The notes beneath the pieces were generated by a model. It did no database searches. It worked only from the letters and a program-made list of their open reading frames with translations, and was not told where the DNA came from. The translations under genes were made by a program, and so were the position numbers. A DNA stretch of 64,000 nucleotides from Enterobacter phage fGh-Ecl02: sequence record ON212266.1. One strand, 5' to 3'. Each line of letters opens with the position of its first letter. Position 1 is the first letter of the stretch. Below are positions 46,502 to 55,041 of this stretch, piece by piece.

Positions 46502-47470
46502 TTAGAAGCTATCGCCTTCGGTTTCAAAGCGCCCTTTGTGTAGAGGCTCCAGTTCGATGAAGGTCATGTCAACCTGCGTGGACACGATACCATCATCTTT
46601 GTGAACCGCGTATGAACTGTCCGGCGTCTCGTTGACGAACATGTTGGAAAGTACACAAGTGGAGATGCGGTGCAGCCACTGGTTACGCTCCCCATTGACC
46701 ATGAAAGTAATGTCGAATGTTGAAGGATGCAAGTAAAACGCGCTGGAATTCTTGTTGTACTTGTACTCTGGGTACATATGCATCTTGAACATGCGGATGA
46801 TCTCACGGACCATCTTGGCTTCCTTCTGAGATCGCGGCGTGAATTTGAATGTAAATGGAATCTCACGGTTGCGAACACCCTGGAAGATCATCTCCACATA
46901 TGGGTTGGTCATGGTGCCTGTGAACAACTCAAGGGTGTCATGGGCGTTAATACTCGGCAGGAATGGAATAGCCTCCGACGCAGATTGGATAGCCTTGGTG
47001 GCAGCGAATCGCCCCATCTCCTTCCCGACGTTGAGCGCATCACCCAGTTTAAATTGAGTCATGTCTTGGGCGGCGCGGGAAAGGAACTGTGCCCCCATAC
47101 CAGCCAGCCCCAGCTCACTACCATTCCAGCCAACGCCATAGTTGGTTGTAATGGACTCGGGCATACAAAGTACGATAGACTCGTTTGAACGAACGTGACG
47201 CGCCCATGCATATTTGGTGATGGAACCAGACTTGGACCCATAGACCACAGGAGTATTCCCCAGAGGGTTCTGTATTGGGTTCTCGATAGTCTGAGTAGCC
47301 GTGTTGCCATAAGATGAACCGGAGATACGGTTGATGTTGAATAGGACATAGTGTCCTAAGGTCTTACCCCCAGTGACGTCCAGGGGATAAGACAATTGCT
47401 TCTGAGCCTGGGACAATCCCTTCGTGTTCAGAACCTTGATCTTATCGATTGTCTTCTTGAAGTCGGCCAT
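46502..47470 (-). CDS. Tail-tube-fold baseplate protein (gp48/gp54 family, tentative)
   Basis: 322 aa; sits in the late operon, divergent from gp4; tail-tube-like beta-rich C-terminal region. Confidence 0.4.
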   Translation of the reverse strand: MADFKKTIDKIKVLNTKGLSQAQKQLSYPLDVTGGKTLGHYVLFNINRISGSSYGNTATQTIENPIQNPLGNTPVVYGSKSGSITKYAWARHVRSNESIVLCMPESITTNYGVGWNGSELGLAGMGAQFLSRAAQDMTQFKLGDALNVGKEMGRFAATKAIQSASEAIPFLPSINAHDTLELFTGTMTNPYVEMIFQGVRNREIPFTFKFTPRSQKEAKMVREIIRMFKMHMYPEYKYNKNSSAFYLHPSTFDITFMVNGERNQWLHRISTCVLSNMFVNETPDSSYAVHKDDGIVSTQVDMTFIELEPLHKGRFETEGDSF

Positions 47471-47520
47471 GGTCTCAGCCCTTAAATAGATAGAGTGTTA
47501 TGGCTATTTAGGACTAGATT

Positions 47521-48135
47521 ATGAGCAACTATCTTCAGGGGAAGTACACCCCGGTTAATCCCAAGAAGTATCAGGGGAATGTGAACAACATCATCTTCCG
47601 CTCTTCGCTGGAGTTGGTGGCTTTCAAGTTCTGTGATATGAACTCCGCGATAGTGAAGTGGTCTAGTGAGGAGACCGTAATCCCTTACATTTCCCCAGTC
47701 GACGGGCGCACCCATCGTTACTTCATGGACCTCAAGGTCTGGACGCGCCGTGAAGGGCAAGAGGAACTACAGGTCACCCTCATTGAGATCAAGCCCAAAG
47801 ACCAGATCAAGCAGCCGAAGAAGACTCCGAACATGAAGGAGTCGACATTCAACAATGCGATGCGAACCTGGTTGGTCAACTCTGCCAAGTGGCAGGCCAC
47901 CCGCGAACTGTGTGCCAAGAAGAACTGGAAGTTCATTATCTGGACCGAAGAGCATCTTGTTCCAGGTGAAGATCCGGATGTTCGTAAACAGTTCGAATTG
48001 AAGTCGAAAAAGAAACGGGATATGGAGATGCAAGATCGCCGACATGCTGAGCGTGTCAGGGTGCTGAAGGAACAGATGCGGAAGGAGATTAAACCCGCCC
48101 CAACGGAGCGGGATGATGGACTGCTCTTACCTTAA
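47521..48135 (+). CDS. 4: Head completion protein gp4
   Basis: MSNYLQGKYTPVNPKKYQGNVNNIIFRSSLELVAFKFCD...IPYISPVDGRTHRYFMD matches T4 gp4 MNTYQGSYVPRNPQKYIGNITNVVYRSGYELSFMKWCD...IKYISPKDGKFHRYFVD. Confidence 0.75.
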   Translation: MSNYLQGKYTPVNPKKYQGNVNNIIFRSSLELVAFKFCDMNSAIVKWSSEETVIPYISPVDGRTHRYFMDLKVWTRREGQEELQVTLIEIKPKDQIKQPKKTPNMKESTFNNAMRTWLVNSAKWQATRELCAKKNWKFIIWTEEHLVPGEDPDVRKQFELKSKKKRDMEMQDRRHAERVRVLKEQMRKEIKPAPTERDDGLLLP

Positions 48136-48344
48136 CTTCTCTTGTGGCCAGGGGCGTAACAGGTATGTCTGTCGCGCCCGATTTGCCAACCATCAGCCCG
48201 AGCCTGCCTGACACACTCACCCCAAGTCTCACCAGTGTATTGTTTGAACCCGCACTTGGGGTGATGCTCTTCCCAAGCCCAACTGCATGCCTTGCAATCT
48301 GAGCATTCACAATAAAGATCGATGGTGTAACCTGAAATGATCAT
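48132..48344 (-). CDS. Small Cys/His-rich protein (70 aa)
   Basis: C-x-C-x3-C-x2-C...H-x3-C...C...H pattern. Confidence 0.4.
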   Translation of the reverse strand: MIISGYTIDLYCECSDCKACSWAWEEHHPKCGFKQYTGETWGECVRQARADGWQIGRDRHTCYAPGHKRS

Positions 48345-48346
48345 GA

Positions 48347-48754
48347 TCAGTCTTCTAGGTGATCGTAGATCTTCTGGCGGAACGCATTACCACCAGCACA
48401 ACCCTTGGCCAGCAGGTGGGTGCCGCCCGTACCGATCACGCTGATTGTTGAGAAGCCCAGGATGCGACCTGTGATGGACTGATCAACCTTCACTGTCTCC
48501 ACCTTACCGATGCGCAACTCATCAGCATCACGACGGATGAACCCGCGCTTGACGATGACGCGCTTGTTAGTCACAGCGAATTCAGTTGTCAATACATTTA
48601 AAATTGTTGGTATCAGAAATAACAAGCTGAATCCAAATGTTGGGATAAACGTTAAAATAACCAGAACGTAAATCCAAAAACCGCTCCACCAAGTCGGGCG
48701 GGTGAAGGCAATAACGTGCTCGTCTTTGCCGAGCATACGATCTACATAACGCAT
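48347..48754 (-). CDS. Membrane protein with bacterial PH domain (YdbT/DUF304-like)
   Basis: Two N-terminal TM helices, then TEFAVTNKRVIVKRGFIRRDADELRIGKVETV. Confidence 0.5.
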   Translation of the reverse strand: MRYVDRMLGKDEHVIAFTRPTWWSGFWIYVLVILTFIPTFGFSLLFLIPTILNVLTTEFAVTNKRVIVKRGFIRRDADELRIGKVETVKVDQSITGRILGFSTISVIGTGGTHLLAKGCAGGNAFRQKIYDHLED

Positions 48755-48764
48755 GATAAATTCC

Positions 48765-49274
48765 TTATTTGTCAGGGTTCACTAAAACAGGGGTGGATAC
48801 CAGTTCGCCGTTCTTCACAGAATGCTGGACTACAACAAACTGATCGACCATTCGATATACTTCAATTCCAGCAGCCAGCATGTCAATAATGCCGTCTATG
48901 ATACGATATGGTCGGTCATAGAACACTTTAGCGATCTTGCCACTGTCGATAATACGACGGGTGCACTCTGGGCATGGACTATGAGTGACAAACATCACCA
49001 GGCCACAACAGTCTTCGGTGTGCTGGGGGAGTTTGCTCAGAGCATTCTCCTCGGCGTGAATAACACCCACCGATACCAGTTGACCGTCTACTTCCTTCTC
49101 ACAGACATTAGGAGCGCCAGGAGCAGTCCCGTTCCAACCGATAGACAGGGGCTGGTCAACACGCGGGTCAACGATAACACAGCCGACCTTCAGGCGCTGG
49201 GCATAGCTGGACAGAGCGTATGCATGAGCCGAGCGCATATGCGCAAATAACATACGGGGTTTGATAGCCATCAC
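48765..49274 (-). CDS. cd: dCMP deaminase (cytidine/deoxycytidylate deaminase zinc-binding family)
   Basis: HAEENAL and PCPECTRRI zinc-ligand motifs; 169 aa. Confidence 0.8.
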   Translation of the reverse strand: MMAIKPRMLFAHMRSAHAYALSSYAQRLKVGCVIVDPRVDQPLSIGWNGTAPGAPNVCEKEVDGQLVSVGVIHAEENALSKLPQHTEDCCGLVMFVTHSPCPECTRRIIDSGKIAKVFYDRPYRIIDGIIDMLAAGIEVYRMVDQFVVVQHSVKNGELVSTPVLVNPDK

Positions 49275-49585
49275 ATCACCAGTTTCTTTTCAAGGAGGAA
49301 GATCATGTCGTCTTGGTCTGCACGACCAAAGATCTGACCCATGGCGACCATCTGGTGGACTTCCCTGACAATGATTTCTTTGCCAGGAGTAACTTCATCC
49401 AGGTCCATGATAGTGCTGACGCGGTCTACCATGCGCGGCGGGTGATTAATGTAGCGCTGCAGGTACTTCTCGCGAGTGGCAATCAAAGTGTTCAGCTCGG
49501 ACAGCTCTGTCTCTTCTTCTGAGAAGCGCTTTTCCTTCGCCTGCAGTTCAGACAGGCGCTCATACATTTCTTTTAATGGGGTCAT
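49271..49585 (-). CDS. Hypothetical coiled-coil protein (104 aa)
   Basis: ATGA coupling. Confidence 0.4.
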   Translation of the reverse strand: MTPLKEMYERLSELQAKEKRFSEEETELSELNTLIATREKYLQRYINHPPRMVDRVSTIMDLDEVTPGKEIIVREVHQMVAMGQIFGRADQDDMIFLLEKKLVM

Positions 49586-49654
49586 TTCCGGTTCCTCTTA
49601 ATAAACGAAGGGAAGTATATACTCCCCCTTCTTCAATAACCGCTGAATCTTTAT

Positions 49655-49993
49655 TCAGAGATAAGATTTACCGAGTTCGGTCAGGCGATAGAACGTCACC
49701 TCAGTGTTCGGCCAGTTCACGTAAGAACCGTCATGAACCATTGAGCCAGCTGGTTCGATCAACCCCTTGGCGAGCAGGGAAGCCCCTGTGCGGGTGTCCC
49801 ATGGGTCGCCTTTAACGGAGGTGAAACCACCAGTGTTCGGGCATACCTGGAACGTCCAGACGGTGTTGCCCTTGTCATTGGTCCAGGATTTGGGATGCAA
49901 GTACCATTCACCATAACGGTAATGACCTTTCTCAAAGTTCAACATTCCTAAAAGGACGCAGAGTTGGTGTCCTGTAATACGCGGCTTTTTCAT
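49655..49993 (-). CDS. Hypothetical protein (about 112 aa from MKKPR)
   Basis: GGAG RBS before the internal Met; the ORF-track start at 50044 would overlap the upstream gene. Confidence 0.4.
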   Translation of the reverse strand: MKKPRITGHQLCVLLGMLNFEKGHYRYGEWYLHPKSWTNDKGNTVWTFQVCPNTGGFTSVKGDPWDTRTGASLLAKGLIEPAGSMVHDGSYVNWPNTEVTFYRLTELGKSYL

Positions 49994-50307
49994 GACAATA
50001 CTCCTTTCAGAGCCAAAACGGAAAGCACACCAATAATCAACCATGTCGGGATAATCGGCTTGCAGTTCATGTGGGTTTCTCCACCTTCGATGTTCGGACT
50101 TCCTTGTATAAGAACGTGTTCACAGGAAGCTCTGAACGTCATTACACAGCCCATCAACACAATCGGCCTGATATAATAACCCGTTTTAGTTTGCTTCACG
50201 ATACATGGAGAGGAGAAGCGCAGATATGGATCCCCTTTCCGGTAGCCTGTGATTGTGACCTTCTGCACTTCAGAAGGCACTTTTTGGCCAGGAAAATAAA
50301 TTTTCAT
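49990..50307 (-). CDS. Hypothetical protein with C-terminal TM helix (105 aa)
   Basis: Compact operon spacing. Confidence 0.4.
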   Translation of the reverse strand: MKIYFPGQKVPSEVQKVTITGYRKGDPYLRFSSPCIVKQTKTGYYIRPIVLMGCVMTFRASCEHVLIQGSPNIEGGETHMNCKPIIPTWLIIGVLSVLALKGVLS

Positions 50308-50864
50308 ATTTCAATCCCCAGATTGGTGTATAACAACTCAGACATGGTTACAGGGCGCTTGAATTGTTCCCAACTACAGTTCAGGTATTCACGTTCTTCA
50401 CGCATTTCACTGTGAAGATGACCATGGATATTATACGCCCAGCGGTCTAATTGATAAGGAACGTGAGTGGTCAACACACGACCAACCGGAGTATCACGCT
50501 CATACATCGCACCAAAGGAGCTAATCCATCCCTCTTGATACAGCTGCATCAACATCTTGAAGCTGTCATGGTTGCCTTGCGCCACCCTGATGATAAAGTT
50601 CGGACGCCAGTCATCGGGAACTGGGCGGCGCTTGAACTCATCAATATTCCTCTTGGCACCCTCGCGCATCAGGCGAATGAACCCCTCAGCCCCGATGAAG
50701 CAGATGTCCCCAGCCAGTTCAAGGACGTCTCGGGACTTCAGCCCCTGAAAGATACTGTCGATAACTGCAGCATCATGTGCCTCTTGGGTATCGAACCCAC
50801 GGGGATTAAAGATCTTCTTGTGCCCAAGGTGGGTGTCGCCCAGATACTTTACAATTCCTGCCAT
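50304..50864 (-). CDS. Calcineurin-like metallophosphoesterase
   Basis: Motifs GDTHLGH, GNHD, GHLH. Confidence 0.65.
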   Translation of the reverse strand: MAGIVKYLGDTHLGHKKIFNPRGFDTQEAHDAAVIDSIFQGLKSRDVLELAGDICFIGAEGFIRLMREGAKRNIDEFKRRPVPDDWRPNFIIRVAQGNHDSFKMLMQLYQEGWISSFGAMYERDTPVGRVLTTHVPYQLDRWAYNIHGHLHSEMREEREYLNCSWEQFKRPVTMSELLYTNLGIEI

Positions 50865-51205
50865 TATGGTTTCCTCAACCATTCTAAAATCGGTACGTTC
50901 ACAAACCCTTTATGCCAGCGATGGGGTTTATGGCCTCTGTTGTGTTCGAGCAAACACGTGTCCGGTGGGACACTGAAGTGGATGCCGTCGATGTCGTAGT
51001 AATGCCCATCAATCAGAGTATACACATGACCTTCGGTCTGACTGTAATGGATCTCTGCTCGAGGGTACACGTGCTTCAACAACAGAGCGACCTGGTAACA
51101 CTTCCCGTTCTTCCCCACGTACTCGACATCCACCTGTTGTGGAAACACATCTTTGACAAGGTTTATCAATCTCGTGATGTCGTTCACCACAACAGACGGT
51201 TTCAT
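50864..51205 (-). CDS. Hypothetical His-rich protein (113 aa)
   Basis: Compact operon spacing. Confidence 0.4.
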   Translation of the reverse strand: MKPSVVVNDITRLINLVKDVFPQQVDVEYVGKNGKCYQVALLLKHVYPRAEIHYSQTEGHVYTLIDGHYYDIDGIHFSVPPDTCLLEHNRGHKPHRWHKGFVNVPILEWLRKP

Positions 51206-51891
51206 TGTTTCCCCTCAAACACGGAAAGTTCATGACGGTGGCGGACACAAGCAGGGCAATCACAGTTCTTTTTCAGAACGGGATATTCACACCAGGTCAT
51301 CAGGCCATAGATCGGTTTCAGGGCTTCGTAGAACCATGTCTTCTTCATGCTGGCGAGAGGGAAGAGAACGGTGATCTCATGTCCGTCTTTGGCCAACATG
51401 TTATAACCCTCCACGATCTTGTTGAAGGCTGGAATCCAGTGGAGAGCGTCGTCTCCGTTGACGTATGCCATCACATAAGTTCTTGGCAGTCCTCGATCAA
51501 AATGGCCGCCCACGAATTGAGTGTTCACTAACCACACAGGGGCTTGAGCCAGACAAGGCCGGAACTCACCAGACTGGATGCTCATTTTGCTGATCGGGGT
51601 TTCCCTGTGATGCCAATGAGTGTTCAACCTCGGTGAATTGGTGGTCACCCACTCCCTGATCTTCTTGCGCGCCCAGTTCTCACGCTTCACCTTGAAGGAG
51701 TTGTTCTCCAGTTCGCAGTAGATCGTGTGAACTTCGTACCCGTGAGCCAACAGCCAGAATAGCATGTACGTGCTGTCCACGCCGCCTGACCAGAACAGAG
51801 TAACCTTCTCCCCGTTGTACGCAAGAGGGTCTTTGTTGTTTGTCATAACATCGCGAACGAAATCACGGTCGTTTATTGATACGTTGATCAT
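51202..51891 (-). CDS. queC: QueC-like PP-loop ATPase (7-cyano-7-deazaguanine synthase family)
   Basis: PP-loop SGGVDS and C-terminal zinc cluster C-x9-C-x-C-x2-C (WCEYPVLKKNCDCPAC), compared with QueC C-x8-C-x2-C-x2-C; 229 aa. Confidence 0.6.
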   Translation of the reverse strand: MINVSINDRDFVRDVMTNNKDPLAYNGEKVTLFWSGGVDSTYMLFWLLAHGYEVHTIYCELENNSFKVKRENWARKKIREWVTTNSPRLNTHWHHRETPISKMSIQSGEFRPCLAQAPVWLVNTQFVGGHFDRGLPRTYVMAYVNGDDALHWIPAFNKIVEGYNMLAKDGHEITVLFPLASMKKTWFYEALKPIYGLMTWCEYPVLKKNCDCPACVRHRHELSVFEGKQ

Positions 51892-52121
51892 GGTTTAATC
51901 AATCCGTTGGCATTGATAATGTAAGACAGGGATTCTTCTGTAGACTCGCGCAAAACACGATAGAACTCATCGGAACTTACAGGGTGACCGTCAAGCATAT
52001 ATGTGTTGCATACAGTGCCATGGGTGTCCTGGGCGTAATGGTGGTAGAACTCAATCCCTTCGATATTGAAGTTCTTTCTGTAACTTCTTGCTGTAGTCAT
52101 AACAGTTTCCAGAGGATTCAT
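51888..52121 (-). CDS. Hypothetical protein (77 aa)
   Basis: ATGA coupling. Confidence 0.4.
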   Translation of the reverse strand: MNPLETVMTTARSYRKNFNIEGIEFYHHYAQDTHGTVCNTYMLDGHPVSSDEFYRVLRESTEESLSYIINANGLIKP

Positions 52122-52163
52122 TGGTGAAACAATGATACTCTATCCCGGATATAGAAAAGCCCC

Positions 52164-52466
52164 TCACGGGGCTTGATCATCTTCATCAGGGAATATACGC
52201 CATCGACCTATTCCATACCACTCACCGATAGAGTTCCATGTCCTTTCCCCAGGCCAGCCACCGACCGAGTAGTAATGCGCCACCAGCCGCCAGTAAGGAA
52301 GAGAGGCCGTGTTCACGCCGCCGTCGGCCTTTAGGCAGGCCAAGTACCAATTCGTGAGACTGAACGCCTGAAATAACGGATGAAGGAACATGAAGTACAG
52401 GTAGCCCAATATGGCTGCGAACACCCCAGCTGTTACGATCACACCGATGACAGTGAATACAATCAT
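52164..52466 (-). CDS. Membrane protein (2 TM)
   Basis: Hydrophobic N-terminus. Confidence 0.4.
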   Translation of the reverse strand: MIVFTVIGVIVTAGVFAAILGYLYFMFLHPLFQAFSLTNWYLACLKADGGVNTASLPYWRLVAHYYSVGGWPGERTWNSIGEWYGIGRWRIFPDEDDQAP

Positions 52467-53095
52467 CCCACAACCTCCAGCCCCATCAGATCTTCCATGG
52501 TCTTCTGAATACGCAGCCAGTCAAGCGCAGCGTCATAACGAGGGTCATGATAGACCATACCTTCCAGTTCCCATGCCTTGATGCCAGCATACCGATCCTG
52601 CTGCCCAACACCCTTCAGCCAGCTCACGATGTCGAAGGTGTGGTGGTAATCCCAAGGCTCGTTGGAGTCCTGCTTACACGTCACCTCAATGATGTGCTGA
52701 GCCTTGCGCAGATCAAACAGGTTGCGATCACACCAGTCAACCGAGCGCGGGTCTACCCCAAGACGATGACAACCCTTGCGGATTTCATCAGCCAGCTGGA
52801 AGATAGAGATGTCCTGCTCAGTCGGGTACAGACTGACGGCGCGAGCCGCATCACACGGGTTGCGCTTGCCCGCTCCCAACCACCATTCTACCGTCCCAGC
52901 GTCCTTCACGCGACCAAGTTCGAGCTGCTCTTTGACATTCAGCTTAATGAACGTCGTGCGCTCCTCAACCAGCTGCTGAAGAGTATAACGCTTGGTCAGG
53001 TCAGCGATGGTGTGTGCCCAGGACAGCATGACTGCATCATCCCAGCGCCCCAGGGTTTCGCTGTCGGCAACTGCAAGGAAATTAGACTTGTACAT
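52463..53095 (-). CDS. Putative DnaQ-like 3'-5' exonuclease
   Basis: N-terminal FLAVADSETLG (Exo I D-x-E); 210 aa. Confidence 0.4.
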   Translation of the reverse strand: MYKSNFLAVADSETLGRWDDAVMLSWAHTIADLTKRYTLQQLVEERTTFIKLNVKEQLELGRVKDAGTVEWWLGAGKRNPCDAARAVSLYPTEQDISIFQLADEIRKGCHRLGVDPRSVDWCDRNLFDLRKAQHIIEVTCKQDSNEPWDYHHTFDIVSWLKGVGQQDRYAGIKAWELEGMVYHDPRYDAALDWLRIQKTMEDLMGLEVVG

Positions 53096-53695
53096 TTACG
53101 CCTCCTCGTCGATGATTTCTTGCTCATCTTCGACAATCATGATACCTTCTGTGTCCAGATGAGAAAGTTCCATCAGATCATCATCGAATCCGTCTCCTTC
53201 CCTGATATAGAAGACTGGGACGACACGACGGCGGGTCTCTTCATACACGCTTTCAGAGATTCGATTGATATGGCGCACTACACTGTAGAGGTTCAGGCCA
53301 CCAATGCCACAGCCGATAGCAGGCAGGCCGACATAGACAGTTTCGTCTTTAGTTGCTTCCACAATTTCATGCACCTGCTCAAACAGGGTCTGAACAGAAC
53401 TGATGACTGACGGCATTCGAGCGTTCGGACCTGGATAAAACTGAGTGTAGAGGTTCGCGCCCCAAACGCCCTTGCTGTGGTCAAATGCATAGGACATGCC
53501 ACCCAGGCGTTGCTCTGGACCACGAGGGTCGTTCGCATCGACTTCACGCAGGGCTGGGAAGTTGTTACCGATGTGCAGGGCAATACCCGCGCCCATGGTA
53601 GACCAACAGTTGGCACCGTGGGCAAAGATGTCGATCAGATTGAAGCTACAGGCGGCTTTCAGTAGATCTCCACCATTGATTACATATGTGGTCAT
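53096..53695 (-). CDS. Macro-domain protein (ADP-ribose binding/hydrolase), acidic C-terminal tail
   Basis: HGANCWSTMGAGIALHIG is a macro-domain signature; 200 aa. Confidence 0.7.
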   Translation of the reverse strand: MTTYVINGGDLLKAACSFNLIDIFAHGANCWSTMGAGIALHIGNNFPALREVDANDPRGPEQRLGGMSYAFDHSKGVWGANLYTQFYPGPNARMPSVISSVQTLFEQVHEIVEATKDETVYVGLPAIGCGIGGLNLYSVVRHINRISESVYEETRRRVVPVFYIREGDGFDDDLMELSHLDTEGIMIVEDEQEIIDEEA

Positions 53696-53934
53696 GCGTA
53701 CTGTCTCCATTCAATAATGCTGTTGTCAACACATGACACCTGGATGATGCCTGTGCGGTGGTGATAATCAGTCATCTGCATGATAAAGTTGTTCCCATTG
53801 CGGATAATGGTGTTGACAACGATACCCTTGGCAGCAAGGCGTATTACAATGGCAGTGCAAAGGCGGTCCATGTAACCGGACACAGAACCTGGTTCGAAGC
53901 ATCGCTCGAACAGATTTTCAAATTCTGGGTTCAT
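53692..53934 (-). CDS. Hypothetical protein (80 aa)
   Basis: ATGA coupling. Confidence 0.4.
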   Translation of the reverse strand: MNPEFENLFERCFEPGSVSGYMDRLCTAIVIRLAAKGIVVNTIIRNGNNFIMQMTDYHHRTGIIQVSCVDNSIIEWRQYA

Positions 53935-53984
53935 TTGATGTTACCAAACAAGAGGTCGAGGCGGTAATAATACCGCCTTTTTCT

Positions 53985-54395
53985 TCAATAGAGGTCTTCG
54001 GAAAAGAGTTCGCGGAAAGGGGTTGTCTTCAGGCGCACCTGATTGATCTGTCCAGCTTCACGGGCTACGATGCACGCCTCTTCACGAGTGAGGAAGTTGC
54101 CCTGGTTGTCGATGAATCCCTGTTCGCGGGTATGGGTGGATTTAATGACGCCTGCTTCTTTCAGGATCTTGAGCTGGTTGTTCATGAATCGGCTGTGGTG
54201 ACGGTCAGCAACGACGATTACATCACCATATTTGTTGGCGGCAGCGACCACACGGCGCTCCCAGGCACCTTCGACAGGAAGTTCACGAGTGTACAATGGA
54301 ATCATCGTATCACCGATGTCATCCCCCTTCACCTGTGAGAACAACTTGCCTTCAGTTCCCGTTGGGAGTTCACGAAAATATCCCAGTAATTTCAT
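53985..54395 (-). CDS. Hypothetical protein (136 aa), possibly a nucleotide-binding Rossmann-like fold
   Basis: GDVIVVADRHHSRF...ILKEAGV pattern. Confidence 0.4.
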   Translation of the reverse strand: MKLLGYFRELPTGTEGKLFSQVKGDDIGDTMIPLYTRELPVEGAWERRVVAAANKYGDVIVVADRHHSRFMNNQLKILKEAGVIKSTHTREQGFIDNQGNFLTREEACIVAREAGQINQVRLKTTPFRELFSEDLY

Positions 54396-54398
54396 AAT

Positions 54399-54677
54399 CT
54401 ATTCAATCCAAATTTCAGGTTCAGAGATGTCGACCATATCCACTGTCTGGTTCTTCAGATCATGGAAACAGTCGCCGAGGAATTGTATTTTGCCGTCGGT
54501 CGGGAACAGATGGCAAAATAATGCTGGATCAGTTGCATTCACCAGCAGGCTCGGTGTGAACGTAGGCTCAATAACATTGTTGTTCCACATCCACATCGGA
54601 CCTTGGGCATCACCCTTTACGCGATATGGGTGAAGTATATCACACCCAGGACAATGAAAATACAAGGAATCATCCAT
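54399..54677 (-). CDS. Small Cys-containing protein (HCPGC...C...C)
   Basis: 92 aa. Confidence 0.4.
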   Translation of the reverse strand: MDDSLYFHCPGCDILHPYRVKGDAQGPMWMWNNNVIEPTFTPSLLVNATDPALFCHLFPTDGKIQFLGDCFHDLKNQTVDMVDISEPEIWIE

Positions 54678-54712
54678 AGACAGAAGTTTAGGGCTCAGAA
54701 GCTATGTTATGA

Positions 54713-55000
54713 TCAACCATCTACAGTGGCTTCAGGATCGTAGGGGCGCAGTTCACCAACCAGTTTCGGAAAGAGTGCAAGCCCGAACAGGTTGAAAGAA
54801 CGCATAGTGCCGACCATTGCAACATCTTCCCCTTCCTCGATATCTTTCAGGGCGCACATTGGGTAATATTCATCGACCTCTGGGTCTTCCGTCTCACCAT
54901 AGAGACCAAACGCTACCTCTTCTTTGATAAAGCGAGGAACCAAGAAATCAAATAGGATAATGATGAATACCACAGGTGCTGCAGAACGGAGATAGAACAC
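54713..55000 (-). CDS. Hypothetical protein with N-terminal TM (95 aa)
   Basis: Compact operon spacing. Confidence 0.4.
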   Translation of the reverse strand: MFYLRSAAPVVFIIILFDFLVPRFIKEEVAFGLYGETEDPEVDEYYPMCALKDIEEGEDVAMVGTMRSFNLFGLALFPKLVGELRPYDPEATVDG

Positions 55001-55041
55001 AGCACAACCCTCCAGGTGAGGAGGGGCGAACCCCTCCGATG

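Noticed and set aside
47476-47512. Late promoters for the divergent gp4 and baseplate genes (TTAAATAG at about 47487 and CTATTTAG at about 47503)
   Set aside because: These are only near-matches to TATAAATA. They are plausible but not reported as features without exact consensus or TSS evidence.
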